Under the pieces are notes generated by a model. It was not told where the DNA came from. It made no database searches and saw nothing but the letters and a program-made list of their open reading frames with translations. From Auanema rhodensis (Eukaryota; Animalia; Nematoda), in assembly GCA_964057225.1 (NCBI GenBank), contig OZ059899.1, forward strand, positions 248,001-312,000: DNA of 64,000 nt. The letters run 5' to 3'. Positions 14,401 through 29,038 of this stretch are shown one piece after another (the stretch's first letter is position 1; each line of letters starts with the position of its first letter). The position numbers were made by a program, and so were the translations under genes.

Positions 14401-16894
14401 GTAAATTTCAAAGTCATGGTTACCATGCACCAATATCAATAAAAATTTGTTTTTAGACTAATATGGACATGGGGAATCTAATTTTGAAAACCGCATCTCT
14501 TTATCTTTCACGTGAAGCGAGTTACATACCAAGTGCACATCACGTGTACATTTAATTAGCATAAATTAAAGTTCACGTAAATTTCAAAGTCATGGTTACC
14601 ATGCACCAATATCAATAAAAATTTGTTTTTAGACTAATATGGACATGGGGAATCTAATTTTGAAAACCGCATCTCTTTATCTTTCACGTGAAGCGAGTTA
14701 CATACCAAGTGCACATCACGTGTACATTTAATTAGCATAAATTAAAGTTCACGTAAATTTCAAAGTCATGGTTACCATGCACCAATATCAATAAAAATTT
14801 GTTTTTAGACTAATATGGACATGGGGAATCTTATTTTGAAAACCTCATCTCTTTATCTTTCACGTGAAGCGAGTTACATACCAAGTGCACATCACGTGTA
14901 CATTTAATTAGCATAAATCAAAGTTCACGTAAATTTCAAAGTCATGGTTACCATGCACCAATATCAATAAAAATTTGTTTTTAGACTAATATGGACATGG
15001 GGAATCTAATTTTGAAAACCGCATCTCTTTATCTTTCACGTGAAGCGAGTTACATACCAAGTGCACATCACGTGTACATTTAATTAGCATAAATTAAAGT
15101 TCACGTAAATTTCAAAGTCATGGTTACCATGCACCAATATCAATAAAAATTTGTTTTTAGACTAATATGGACATGGGGAATCTAATTTTGAAAACCGCAT
15201 CTCTTTATCTTTCACGTGAAGCGAGTTACATACCAAGTGCACATCACGTGTACATTTAATTAGCATAAATTAAAGTTCACGTAAATTTCAAAGTCATGGT
15301 TACCATGCACCAATATCAATAAAAATTTGTTTTTAGACTAATATGGACATGGGGAATCTAATTTTGAAAACCGCATCTCTTCATCTTTCACGTGAAGCGA
15401 GTTACATACCAAGTGCACATCACGTGTACATTTAATTAGCATAAATTAAAGTTCACGTAAATTTCAAAGTCATGGTTACCATGCACCAATATCAATAAAA
15501 ATTTGTTTTTAGACTAATATGGACATGGGGAATCTAATTTTGAAAACCGCATCTCTTCATCTTTCACGTGAAGCAAGTTACATACCAAGTGCACATCACG
15601 TGTACATTTAATTAGCATAAATTAAAGTTCACGTAAATTTCAAAGTCATGGTTACCATGCACCAATATCAATAAAAATTTGTTTTTAGACTAATATGGAC
15701 ATGGGGAATCTAATTTTGAAAACCGCATCTCTTCATCTTTCACGTGAAGCGAGTTACATACCAAGTGCACATCACGTGTACATTTAATTAGCATAAATTA
15801 AAGTTCACGTAAATTTCAAAGTCATGGTTACCATGCACCAATATCAATAAAAATTTGTTTTTAGACTAATATGGACATGGGGAATTTAATTTTGAAAACC
15901 GCATCTCTTTATCTTTCACGTGAAGCGAGTTACATACCAAGTGCACATCACGTGTACATTTAATTAGCATAAATTAAAGTTCACGTAAATTTCAAAGTCA
16001 TGGTTACCATGCACCAATATCAATAAAAATTTGTTTTTAGACTAATATGGACATGGGGAATCTAATTTTGAAAACCGCATCTCTTTATCTTTCACGTGAA
16101 GCGAGTTACATACCAAGTGCACATCACGTGTACATTTAATTAGCATGAATTAAAGTTCACGTAAATTTCAAAGTCATGGTTACCATGCACCATTATCAAT
16201 AAAAAATTGTTTTTAGACTAATATGGACATGGGAAATCTAATTTCGAAAACCGCATCTCTTTATCTTTCACGTGAAGCAAGTTACATACCAAGTGCACAT
16301 CACGTGTACATTTAATTAGCATAAATTAAAGTTCACGTAAATTTCAAAGTCATGGTTACCATGCACCAATATCAATAAAAATTTGTTTTTAGACTAATAT
16401 GGACATGGGGAATCTTATTTTGAAAACCTCATCTCTTTATCTTTCACGTGAAGCGAGTTACATACCAAGTGCACATCACGTGTACATTTAATTAGCATAA
16501 ATCAAAGTTCACGTAAATTTCAAAGTCATGGTTACCATGCACCAATATCAATAAAAATTTGTTTTTAGACTAATATGGACATGGGGAATCTAATTTTGAA
16601 AACCGCATCTCTTTATCTTTCACGTGAAGCGAGTTACATACCAAGTGCACATCACGTGTACATTTAATTAGCATAAATTAAAGTTCACGTAAATTTCAAA
16701 GTCATGGTTACCATGCACCAATATCAATAAAAATTTGTTTTTAGACTAATATGGACATGGGGAATCTAATTTTGAAAACCGCATCTCTTTATCTTTCACG
16801 TGAAGCGAGTTACATACCAAGTGCACATCACGTGTACATTTAATTAGCATAAATTAAAGTTCACGTAAATTTCAAAGTCATGGTTACCATGCAC

Positions 16895-19800
16895 CAATAT
16901 CAATAAAAATTTGTTTTTAGACTAATATGGACATGGGGAATCTAATTTTGAAAACCACATCTCTTTATCTTTCACGTGAAGCGAGTTACATACCAAGTGC
17001 ACATCACGTGTACATTTAATTAGCATAAATTAAAGTTCACGTAAATTTCAAAGTCGTGGTTACCATGCACCAATATCAATAAAAATTTGTTTTTAGACTA
17101 ATATGGACATGAGGAATCTAATTTTGAAAACCGCATCTCTTTATCTTTCACGTGAAGCGAGTTACATACCAAGTGCACATCACGTGTACATTTAATTAGC
17201 ATAAATTAAAGTTCACGTAAATTTCAAAGTCATGGTTACCATGCACCAATATCAATAAAAATTTGTTTTTAGACTAATATGGACATGGGGAATCTAATTT
17301 TGAAAACCGCATCTCTTTATCTTTCACGTGAAGCGAGTTACATACCAAGTGCACATCACGTGTACATTTAATTAGCATAAATTAAAGCTCACGTAAATTT
17401 CAAAGTCGTGGTTACCATGCACCAATATCAATAAAAATTCGTTTTTAGACTAATATGGACATGGGGAATCTAACTTTGAAAACCGCATCTCTTTATCTTT
17501 CACGTGAAGCGAGTTACATACCAAGTGCACATCACGTGTACATTTAATTAGCATAAATTAAAGTTCACGTAAATTTCAAAGTCATGGTTACCATGCACCA
17601 ATATCAATAAAAATTTGTTTTTAGACTAATATGGACATGGGGAATCTAATTTTGAAAACCGCATCTCTTTATCTTTCACGTGAAGCGAGTTACATACCAA
17701 GTGCACATCACGTGTACATTTAATTAGCATAAATTAAAGTTCACGTAAATTTCAAAGTCATGGTTACCATGCACCAATATCAATAAAAAATTGTTTTTAG
17801 ACTAATATGGACATGGGGAATCTAATTTCGAAAACCGCATCTCTTTATCTTTCACGTGAAGCGAGTTACATACCAAGTGCACATCACGTGTACATTTAAT
17901 TAGCATAAATTAAAGTTCACGTAAATTTCAAAGTCATGGTTACCATGCACCAATATCAATAAAAAATTGTTTTTAGACTAATATGGACATGGGAAATCTA
18001 ATTTCGAAAACCGCATCTCTTTATCTTTCACGTGAAGCAAGTTACATACCAAGTGCACATCACGTGTACATTTAATTAGCATAAATTAAAGTTCACGTAA
18101 ATTTCAAAGTCATGGTTACCATGCACCAATATCAATAAAAATTTGTTTTTAGACTAATATGGACATGGGGAATCTAATTTTGAAAACCGCATCTCTTTAT
18201 CTTTCACGTGAAGCGAGTTACATACCAAGTGCACATCACGTGTACATTTAATTAGCATAAATTAAAGTTCACGTAAATTTCAAAGTCATGGTTACCATGC
18301 ACCAATATCAATAAAAAATTGTTTTTAGACTAATATGGACATGGGGAATCTAATTTTGAAAACCGCATCTCTTTATCTTTCACGTGAAGCGAGTTACATA
18401 CCAAGTGCACATCACGTGTACATTTAATTAGCATAAATTAAAGTTCACGTAAATTTCAAAGTCATGGTTACCATGCACCAATATCAATAAAAATTTGTTT
18501 TTAGACTAATATGGACATGGGGAATCTAATTTTGAAAACCGCATCTCTTTATCTTTCACGTGAAGCGAGTTACATACCAAGTGCACATCACGTGTACATT
18601 TAATTAGCATAAATTAAAGTTCACGTAAATTTCAAAGTCATGGTTACCATGCACCAATATCAATAAAAATTTGTTTTTAGACTAATATGGACATGGGGAA
18701 TCTAATTTTGAAAACCACATCTCTTTATCTTTCACGTGAAGCGAGTTACATACCAAGTGCACATCACGTGTACATTTAATTAGCATAAATTAAAGTTCAC
18801 GTAAATTTCAAAGTCGTGGTTACCATGCACCAATATCAATAAAAATTTGTTTTTAGACTAATATGGACATGAGGAATCTAATTTTGAAAACCGCATCTCT
18901 TTATCTTTCACGTGAAGCGAGTTACATACCAAGTGCACATCACGTGTACATTTAATTAGCATAAATTAAAGTTCACGTAAATTTCAAAGTCATGGTTACC
19001 ATGCACCAATATCAATAAAAATTTGTTTTTAGACTAATATGGACATGGGGAATCTAATTTTGAAAACCGCATCTCTTTATCTTTCACGTGAAGCGAGTTA
19101 CATACCAAGTGCACATCACGTGTACATTTAATTAGCATAAATTAAAGCTCACGTAAATTTCAAAGTCGTGGTTACCATGCACCAATATCAATAAAAATTC
19201 GTTTTTAGACTAATATGGACATGGGGAATCTAACTTTGAAAACCGCATCTCTTTATCTTTCACGTGAAGCGAGTTACATACCAAGTGCACATCACGTGTA
19301 CATTTAATTAGCATAAATTAAAGTTCACGTAAATTTCAAAGTCATGGTTACCATGCACCAATATCAATAAAAATTTGTTTTTAGACTAATATGGACATGG
19401 GGAATCTAATTTTGAAAACCGCATCTCTTTATCTTTCACGTGAAGCGAGTTACATACCAAGTGCACATCACGTGTACATTTAATTAGCATAAATTAAAGT
19501 TCACGTAAATTTCAAAGTCATGGTTACCATGCACCAATATCAATAAAAAATTGTTTTTAGACTAATATGGACATGGGGAATCTAATTTCGAAAACCGCAT
19601 CTCTTTATCTTTCACGTGAAGCGAGTTACATACCAAGTGCACATCACGTGTACATTTAATTAGCATAAATTAAAGTTCACGTAAATTTCAAAGTCATGGT
19701 TACCATGCACCAATATCAATAAAAATTTGTTTTTAGACTAATATGGACATGGGGAATCTAATTTTGAAAACCGCATCTCTTTATCTTTCACGTGAAGCGA

Positions 19801-20766
19801 GTTACATACCAAGTGCACATCACGTGTACATTTAATTAGCATAAATTAAAGTTCACGTAAATTTCAAAGTCATGGTTACCATGCACCAATATCAATAAAA
19901 ATTTGTTTTTAGACTAATATGGACATGGGGAATCTAATTTTGAAAACCACATCTCTTTATCTTTCACGTGAAGCGAGTTACATACCAAGTGCACATCACG
20001 TGTACATTTAATTAGCATAAATTAAAGTTCACGTAAATTTCAAAGTCGTGGTTACCATGCACCAATATCAATAAAAATTTGTTTTTAGACTAATATGGAC
20101 ATGAGGAATCTAATTTTGAAAACCGCATCTCTTTATCTTTCACGTGAAGCGAGTTACATACCAAGTGCACATCACGTGTACATTTAATTAGCATAAATTA
20201 AAGTTCACGTAAATTTCAAAGTCATGGTTACCATGCACCAATATCAATAAAAATTTGTTTTTAGACTAATATGGACATGGGGAATCTAATTTTGAAAACC
20301 GCATCTCTTTATCTTTCACGTGAAGCGAGTTACATACCAAGTGCACATCACGTGTACATTTAATTAGCATAAATTAAAGCTCACGTAAATTTCAAAGTCG
20401 TGGTTACCATGCACCAATATCAATAAAAATTCGTTTTTAGACTAATATGGACATGGGGAATCTAACTTTGAAAACCGCATCTCTTTATCTTTCACGTGAA
20501 GCGAGTTACATACCAAGTGCACATCACGTGTACATTTAATTAGCATAAATTAAAGTTCACGTAAATTTCAAAGTCATGGTTACCATGCACCAATATCAAT
20601 AAAAATTTGTTTTTAGACTAATATGGACATGGGGAATCTAATTTTGAAAACCGCATCTCTTTATCTTTCACGTGAAGCGAGTTACATACCAAGTGCACAT
20701 CACGTGTACATTTAACTAGCATAAATTAAAGTTCACGTAAATTTCAAAGTCATGGTTACCATGCAC
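16895..20766 (+). repeat. Three copies of a variant block at 10- and 7-monomer spacings
   Basis: CCACAT+GTCGTG monomer at 16895, 18655 and 19887, each followed by GAGG, GCTCAC+GTCGTG and ATTCG+AACTTT monomers. Confidence 0.88.
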
Positions 20767-23700
20767 CAATATCAATAAAAAATTGTTTTTAGACTAATAT
20801 GGACATGGGGAATCTAATTTCGAAAACCGCATCTCTTTATCTTTCACGTGAAGCAAGTTACATACCAAGTGCACATCACGTGTACATTTAATTAGCATAA
20901 ATTAAAGTTCACGTAAATTTCAAAGTCATGGTTACCATGCACCAATATCAATAAAAATTTGTTTTTAGACTAATATGGACATGGGGAATCTTATTTTGAA
21001 AACCTCATCTCTTTATCTTTCACGTGAAGCGAGTTACATACCAAGTGCACATCACGTGTACATTTAATTAGCATAAATTAAAGTTCACGTAAATTTCAAA
21101 GTCATGGTTACCATGCACCAATATCAATAAAAATTTGTTTTTAGACTAATATGGACATGAGGAATCTAATTTTGAAAACCGCATCTCTTTATCTTTCACG
21201 TGAAGCGAGTTACATACCAAGTGCACATCACGTGTACATTTAATTAGCATAAATTAAAGTTCACGTAAATTTCAAAGTCGTGGTTACCATGCACCAATAT
21301 CAATAAAAATTTGTTTTTAGACTAATATGGACATGGGGAATCTTATTTTGAAAACCGCATCTCTTTATCTTTCACGTGAAGCGAGTTACATACCAAGTGC
21401 ACATCACGTGTACATTTAATTAGCATAAATTAAAGTTCACGTAAATTTCAAAGTCATGGTTACCATGCACCAATATCAATAAAAATTTGTTTTTAGACTA
21501 ATATGGACATGGGGAATCTAATTTTGAAAACCGCATCTCTTTATCTTTCACGTGAAGCGAGTTACATACCAAGTGCACATCACGTGTACATTTAATTAGC
21601 ATAAATTAAAGTTCACGTAAATTTCAAAGTCGTGGTTACCATGCACCAATATCAATAAAAATTTGTTTTTAGACTAATATGGACATGGGGAATCTTATTT
21701 TGAAAACCTCATCTCTTTATCTTTCACGTGAAGCGAGTTACATACCAAGTGCACATCACGTGTACATTTAATTAGCATAAATCAAAGTTCACGTAAATTT
21801 CAAAGTCATGGTTACCATGCACCAATATCAATAAAAATTTGTTTTTAGACTAATATGGACATGGGGAATTTAATTTTGAAAACCGCATCTCTTTATCTTT
21901 CACGTGAAGCGAGTTACATACCAAGTGCACATCACGTGTACATTTAATTAGCATAAATTAAAGTTCACGTAAATTTCAAAGTCATGGTTACCATGCACCA
22001 ATATCAATAAAAATTTGTTTTTAGACTAATATGGACATGAGGAATCTAATTTTGAAAACCGCATCTCTTTATCTTTCACGTGAAGCGAGTTACATACCAA
22101 GTGCACATCACGTGTACATTTAATTAGCATAAATTAAAGTTCACGTAAATTTCAAAGTCGTGGTTACCATGCACCAATATCAATAAAAATTCGTTTTTAG
22201 ACTAATATGGACATGGGGAATCTAATTTTGAAAACCGCATCTCTTTATCTTTCACGTGAAGCGAGTTACATACCAAGTGCACATCACGTGTACATTTAAT
22301 TAGCATAAATTAAAGTTCACGTAAATTTCAAAGTCATGGTTACCATGCACCAATATCAATAAAAATTTGTTTTTAGACTAATATGGACATGGGGAATCTA
22401 ATTTTGAAAACCGCATCTCTTTATCTTTCACGTGAAGCGAGTTACATACCAAGTGCACATCACGTGTACATTTAATTAGCATAAATTAAAGTTCACGTAA
22501 ATTTCAAAGTCATGGTTACCATGCACCAATATCAATAAAAATTTGTTTTTAGACTAATATGGACATGGGGAATCTAATTTCGAAAACCGCATCTCTTTAT
22601 CTTTCACGTGAAGCAAGTTACATACCAAGTGCACATCACGTGTACATTTAATTAGCATAAATTAAAGTTCACGTAAATTTCAAAGTCATGGTTACCATGC
22701 ACCAATATCAATAAAAATTTGTTTTTAGACTAATATGGACATGGGGAATCTTATTTTGAAAACCTCATCTCTTTATCTTTCACGTGAAGCGAGTTACATA
22801 CCAAGTGCACATCACGTGTACATTTAATTAGCATAAATTAAAGTTCACGTAAATTTCAAAGTCATGGTTACCATGAACCAATATCAATAAAAATTTGTTT
22901 TTAGACTAACATGGACATGGGGAATCTAATTTTGAAAACCGCATCTCTTTATCTTTCACGTGAAGCGAGTTACATACCAAGTGCACATCACGTGTACATT
23001 TAATTAGCATAAATTAAAGTTCACGTAAATTTCAAAGTCATGGTTACCATGAACCAATATCAATAAAAATTTGTTTTTAGACTAATATGGACATGGGGAA
23101 TCTAATTTTGAAAACCGCATCTCTTTATCTTTCACGTGAAGCGAGTTACATACCAAGTGCACATCACGTGTACAATTAATTAGCATAAATTAAAGTTCAC
23201 GTAAATTTCAAAGTCATGGTTACCATGCACCAATATCAATAAAAAATTGTTTTTAGACTAATATGGACATGGGGAATCTAATTTCGAAAACCGCATCTCT
23301 TTATCTTTCACGTGAAGCAAGTTACATACCAAGTGCACATCACGTGTACATTTAATTAGCATAAATTAAAGTTCACGTAAATTTCAAAGTCATGGTTACC
23401 ATGCACCAATATCAATAAAAATTTGTTTTTAGACTAATATGGACATGGGGAATCTTATTTTGAAAACCTCATCTCTTTATCTTTCACGTGAAGCGAGTTA
23501 CATACCAAGTGCACATCACGTGTACATTTAATTAGCATAAATTAAAGTTCACGTAAATTTCAAAGTCATGGTTACCATGCACCAATATCAATAAAAATTT
23601 GTTTTTAGACTAATATGGACATGAGGAATCTAATTTTGAAAACCGCATCTCTTTATCTTTCACGTGAAGCGAGTTACATACCAAGTGCACATCACGTGTA

Positions 23701-25694
23701 CATTTAATTAGCATAAATTAAAGTTCACGTAAATTTCAAAGTCGTGGTTACCATGCACCAATATCAATAAAAATTCGTTTTTAGACTAATATGGACATGG
23801 GGAATCTAATTTTGAAAACCGCATCTCTTTATCTTTCACGTGAAGCGAGTTACATACCAAGTGCACATCACGTGTACATTTAATTAGCATAAATTAAAGT
23901 TCACGTAAATTTCAAAGTCATGGTTACCATGCACCAATATCAATAAAAATTTGTTTTTAGACTAATATGGACATGGGGAATCTAATTTTGAAAACCGCAT
24001 CTCTTTATCTTTCACGTGAAGCGAGTTACATACCAAGTGCACATCACGTGTACATTTAATTAGCATAAATTAAAGTTCACGTAAATTTCAAAGTCGTGGT
24101 TACCATGCACCAATATCAATAAAAATTTGTTTTTAGACTAATATGGACATGGGGAATCTTATTTTGAAAACCTCATCTCTTTATCTTTCACGTGAAGCGA
24201 GTTACATACCAAGTGCACATCACGTGTACATTTAATTAGCATAAATCAAAGTTCACGTAAATTTCAAAGTCATGGTTACCATGCACCAATATCAATAAAA
24301 ATTTGTTTTTAGACTAATATGGACATGGGGAATTTAATTTTGAAAACCGCATCTCTTTATCTTTCACGTGAAGCGAGTTACATACCAAGTGCACATCACG
24401 TGTACATTTAATTAGCATAAATTAAAGTTCACGTAAATTTCAAAGTCATGGTTACCATGCACCAATATCAATAAAAATTTGTTTTTAGACTAATATGGAC
24501 ATGAGGAATCTAATTTTGAAAACCGCATCTCTTTATCTTTCACGTGAAGCGAGTTACATACCAAGTGCACATCACGTGTACATTTAATTAGCATAAATTA
24601 AAGTTCACGTAAATTTCAAAGTCGTGGTTACCATGCACCAATATCAATAAAAATTCGTTTTTAGACTAATATGGACATGGGGAATCTAATTTTGAAAACC
24701 GCATCTCTTTATCTTTCACGTGAAGCGAGTTACATACCAAGTGCACATCACGTGTACATTTAATTAGCATAAATTAAAGTTCACGTAAATTTCAAAGTCA
24801 TGGTTACCATGCACCAATATCAATAAAAATTTGTTTTTAGACTAATATGGACATGGGGAATCTAATTTTGAAAACCGCATCTCTTTATCTTTCACGTGAA
24901 GCGAGTTACATACCAAGTGCACATCACGTGTACATTTAATTAGCATAAATTAAAGTTCACGTAAATTTCAAAGTCATGGTTACCATGCACCAATATCAAT
25001 AAAAATTTGTTTTTAGACTAATATGGACATGGGGAATCTAATTTCGAAAACCGCATCTCTTTATCTTTCACGTGAAGCAAGTTACATACCAAGTGCACAT
25101 CACGTGTACATTTAATTAGCATAAATTAAAGTTCACGTAAATTTCAAAGTCATGGTTACCATGCACCAATATCAATAAAAATTTGTTTTTAGACTAATAT
25201 GGACATGGGGAATCTTATTTTGAAAACCTCATCTCTTTATCTTTCACGTGAAGCGAGTTACATACCAAGTGCACATCACGTGTACATTTAATTAGCATAA
25301 ATTAAAGTTCACGTAAATTTCAAAGTCATGGTTACCATGAACCAATATCAATAAAAATTTGTTTTTAGACTAACATGGACATGGGGAATCTAATTTTGAA
25401 AACCGCATCTCTTTATCTTTCACGTGAAGCGAGTTACATACCAAGTGCACATCACGTGTACATTTAATTAGCATAAATTAAAGTTCACGTAAATTTCAAA
25501 GTCATGGTTACCATGAACCAATATCAATAAAAATTTGTTTTTAGACTAATATGGACATGGGGAATCTAATTTTGAAAACCGCATCTCTTTATCTTTCACG
25601 TGAAGCGAGTTACATACCAAGTGCACATCACGTGTACAATTAATTAGCATAAATTAAAGTTCACGTAAATTTCAAAGTCATGGTTACCATGAAC
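20767..25694 (+). repeat. 14-monomer (2464 bp) tandem duplication
   Basis: TAACATGG at 22910 and 25374 and TACAATT at 23175 and 25639 (both offset 2464). Intervening variants are collinear with about 2-3 differences. Confidence 0.92.
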
Positions 25695-28600
25695 CAATAT
25701 CAATAAAAATTTGTTTTTACACTAATATGGACATGATGAATCTAATTTTGAAAACCGCATCTCTTTATCTTTCACGTGAAGCGAGTTACATACCAAGTGC
25801 ACATCACGTGTACATTTAATTAGCATAAATTAAAGTTCACGTAAATTTCAAAGTCATGGTTACCATGAACCAATATCAATAAAAATTTGTTTTTAGACTA
25901 ATATGGACATGGGGAATCTAATTTTGAAAACCGCATCTCTTTATCTTTCACGTGAAGCGAGTTACATACCAAGTGCACATCACGTGTACAATTAATTAGC
26001 ATAAATTAAAGTTCACGTAAATTTCAAAGTCATGGTTACCATGAACCAATATCAATAAAAATTTGTTTTTAGACTAATATGGACATGATGAATCTAATTT
26101 TGAAAACCGCATCTCTTTATCTTTCACGTGAAGCGAGTTACATACCAAGTGCACATCACGTGTACATTTAATTAGCATAAATTAAAGTTCACGTAAATTT
26201 CAAAGTCATGGTTACCATGAACCAATATCAATGAAAATTTGTTTTCAGACTAATATGGACATGGGGAATCAAATTTTGAAAACCGCATCTCTTTATCTTT
26301 CACGTGAAGCGAGTTACATACCAAGTGCACATCACGTGTACATTTAATTAGCATAAATTAAAGTTCACGTAAATTTCAAAGTCATGGTTACCATGAACCA
26401 ATATCAATAAAAATTTGTTTTTAGACTAATATGGACATGAGGAATCTAATTTTGAAAACCGCATCTCTTTATCTTTCACGTGAAGCGAGTTACATACCAA
26501 GTGCACATCACGTGTACATTTAATTAGCATGAATTAAAGTTCACGTAAATTTCAAAGTCATGGTTACCATGCACCAATATCAATAAAAAATTGTTTTTAG
26601 ACTAATATGGACATGGGGAATCTAATTTCGAAAACCGCATCTCTTTATCTTTCACGTGAAGCAAGTTACATACCAAGTGCACATCACGTGTACATTTAAT
26701 TAGCATAAATTAAAGTTCACGTAAATTTCAAAGTCATGGTTACCATGCACCAATATCAATAAAAATTTGTTTTTAGACTAATATGGACATGGGGAATCTT
26801 ATTTTGAAAACCTCATCTCTTTATCTTTCACGTGAAGCGAGTTACATACCAAGTGCACATCACGTGTACATTTAATTAGCATAAATCAAAGTTCACGTAA
26901 ATTTCAAAGTCATGGTTACCATGAACCAATATCAATGAAAATTTGTTTTTAGACTAATATGGACATGGGGAATCTAATTTTGAAAACCGCATCTCTTTAT
27001 CTTTCACGTGAAGCGAGTTACATACCAAGTGCACATCACGTGTACATTTAATTAGCATGAATTAAAGTTCACGTAAATTTCAAAGTCATGGTTACCATGC
27101 ACCAATATCAATAAAAAATTGTTTTTAGACTAATATGGACATGAGGAATCTAATTTTGAAAACCGCATCTCTTTATCTTTCACGTGAAGCGAGTTATATA
27201 CCAAGTGCACATCACGTGTACATTTAATTAGCATAAATTAAAGTTCACGTAAATTTCAAAGTCATGGTTACCATGCACCAATATCAATAAAAATTTGTTT
27301 TTAGACTAATATGGACATGGGGAATCTAATTTTGAAAACCGTATCTCTTTATCTTTCACGTGAAGCGAGTTACATACCAAGTGCACATCACGTGTACATT
27401 TAATTAGCATAAATTAAAGTTCACGTAAATTTCAAAGTCATGGTTACCATGAACCAATATCAATAAAAATTTGTTTTTAGACTAATATGGACATGAGGAA
27501 TCTAATTTTGAAAACCGCATCTCTTTATCTTTCACGTGAAGCGAGTTACATACCAAGTGCACATCACGTGTACATTTAATTAGCATAAATTAAAGTTCAC
27601 GTAAATTTCAAAGTCATGGTTACCATGAACCAATATCAATAAAAATTTGTTTTTAGACTAATATGGACATGAGGAATCTAATTTTGAAAACCGCATCTCT
27701 TTATCTTTCACGTGAAGCGAGTTACATACCGAGTGCACCTCACGTGTACATTTAATTAGCATAAATTAAAGTTCACGTAAATTTCAAAGTCATGGTTACC
27801 ATGCACCAATATCAATAAAAATTTGTTTTTAGACTAATATGGACATGAGGAATCTAATTTTGAAAACCGCATCTCTTTATCTTTCACGTGAAGCGAGTTA
27901 CATACCAAGTGCACATCACGTGTACATTTAATTAGCATGAATTAAAGTTCACGTAAATTTCAAAGTCATGGTTACCATGCACCAATATCAATAAAAAATT
28001 GTTTTTAGACTAATATGGACATGGGGAATCTAATTTCGAAAACCGCATCTCTTTATCTTTCACGTGAAGCAAGTTACATACCAAGTGCACATCACGTGTA
28101 CATTTAATTAGCATAAATTAAAGTTCACGTAAATTTCAAAGTCATGGTTACCATGCACCAATATCAATAAAAATTTGTTTTTAGACTAATATGGACATGG
28201 GGAATCTTATTTTGAAAACCTCATCTCTTTATCTTTCACGTGAAGCGAGTTACATACCAAGTGCACATCACGTGTACATTTAATTAGCATAAATCAAAGT
28301 TCACGTAAATTTCAAAGTCATGGTTACCATGAACCAATATCAATGAAAATTTGTTTTTAGACTAATATGGACATGGGGAATCTAATTTTGAAAACCGCAT
28401 CTCTTTATCTTTCACGTGAAGCGAGTTACATACCAAGTGCACATCACGTGTACAATTAATTAGCATAAATTAAAGTTCACGTAAATTTCAAAGTCATGGT
28501 TACCATGAACCAATATCAATAAAAATTTGTTTTTAGACTAATATGGACATGATGAATCTAATTTTGAAAACCGCATCTCTTTATCTTTCACGTGAAGCGA

Positions 28601-29038
28601 GTTACATACCAAGTGCACATCACGTGTACATTTAATTAGCATAAATTAAAGTTCACGTAAATTTCAAAGTCATGGTTACCATGCACCAATATCAATGAAA
28701 ATTTGTTTTTAGACTAATATGGACATGGGGAATCTAATTTTGAAAACCGCATCTCTTTATCTTTCACGTGAAGCGAGTTACATACCAAGTGCACATCACG
28801 TGTACATTTAATTAGCATGAATTAAAGTTCACGTAAATTTCAAAGTCATGGTTACCATGCACCAATATCAATAAAAAATTGTTTTTAGACTAATATGGAC
28901 ATGAGGAATCTAATTTTGAAAACCGCATCTCTTTATCTTTCACGTGAAGCGAGTTATATACCAAGTGCACATCACGTGTACATTTAATTAGCATAAATTA
29001 AAGTTCACGTAAATTTCAAAGTCATGGTTACCATGCAC

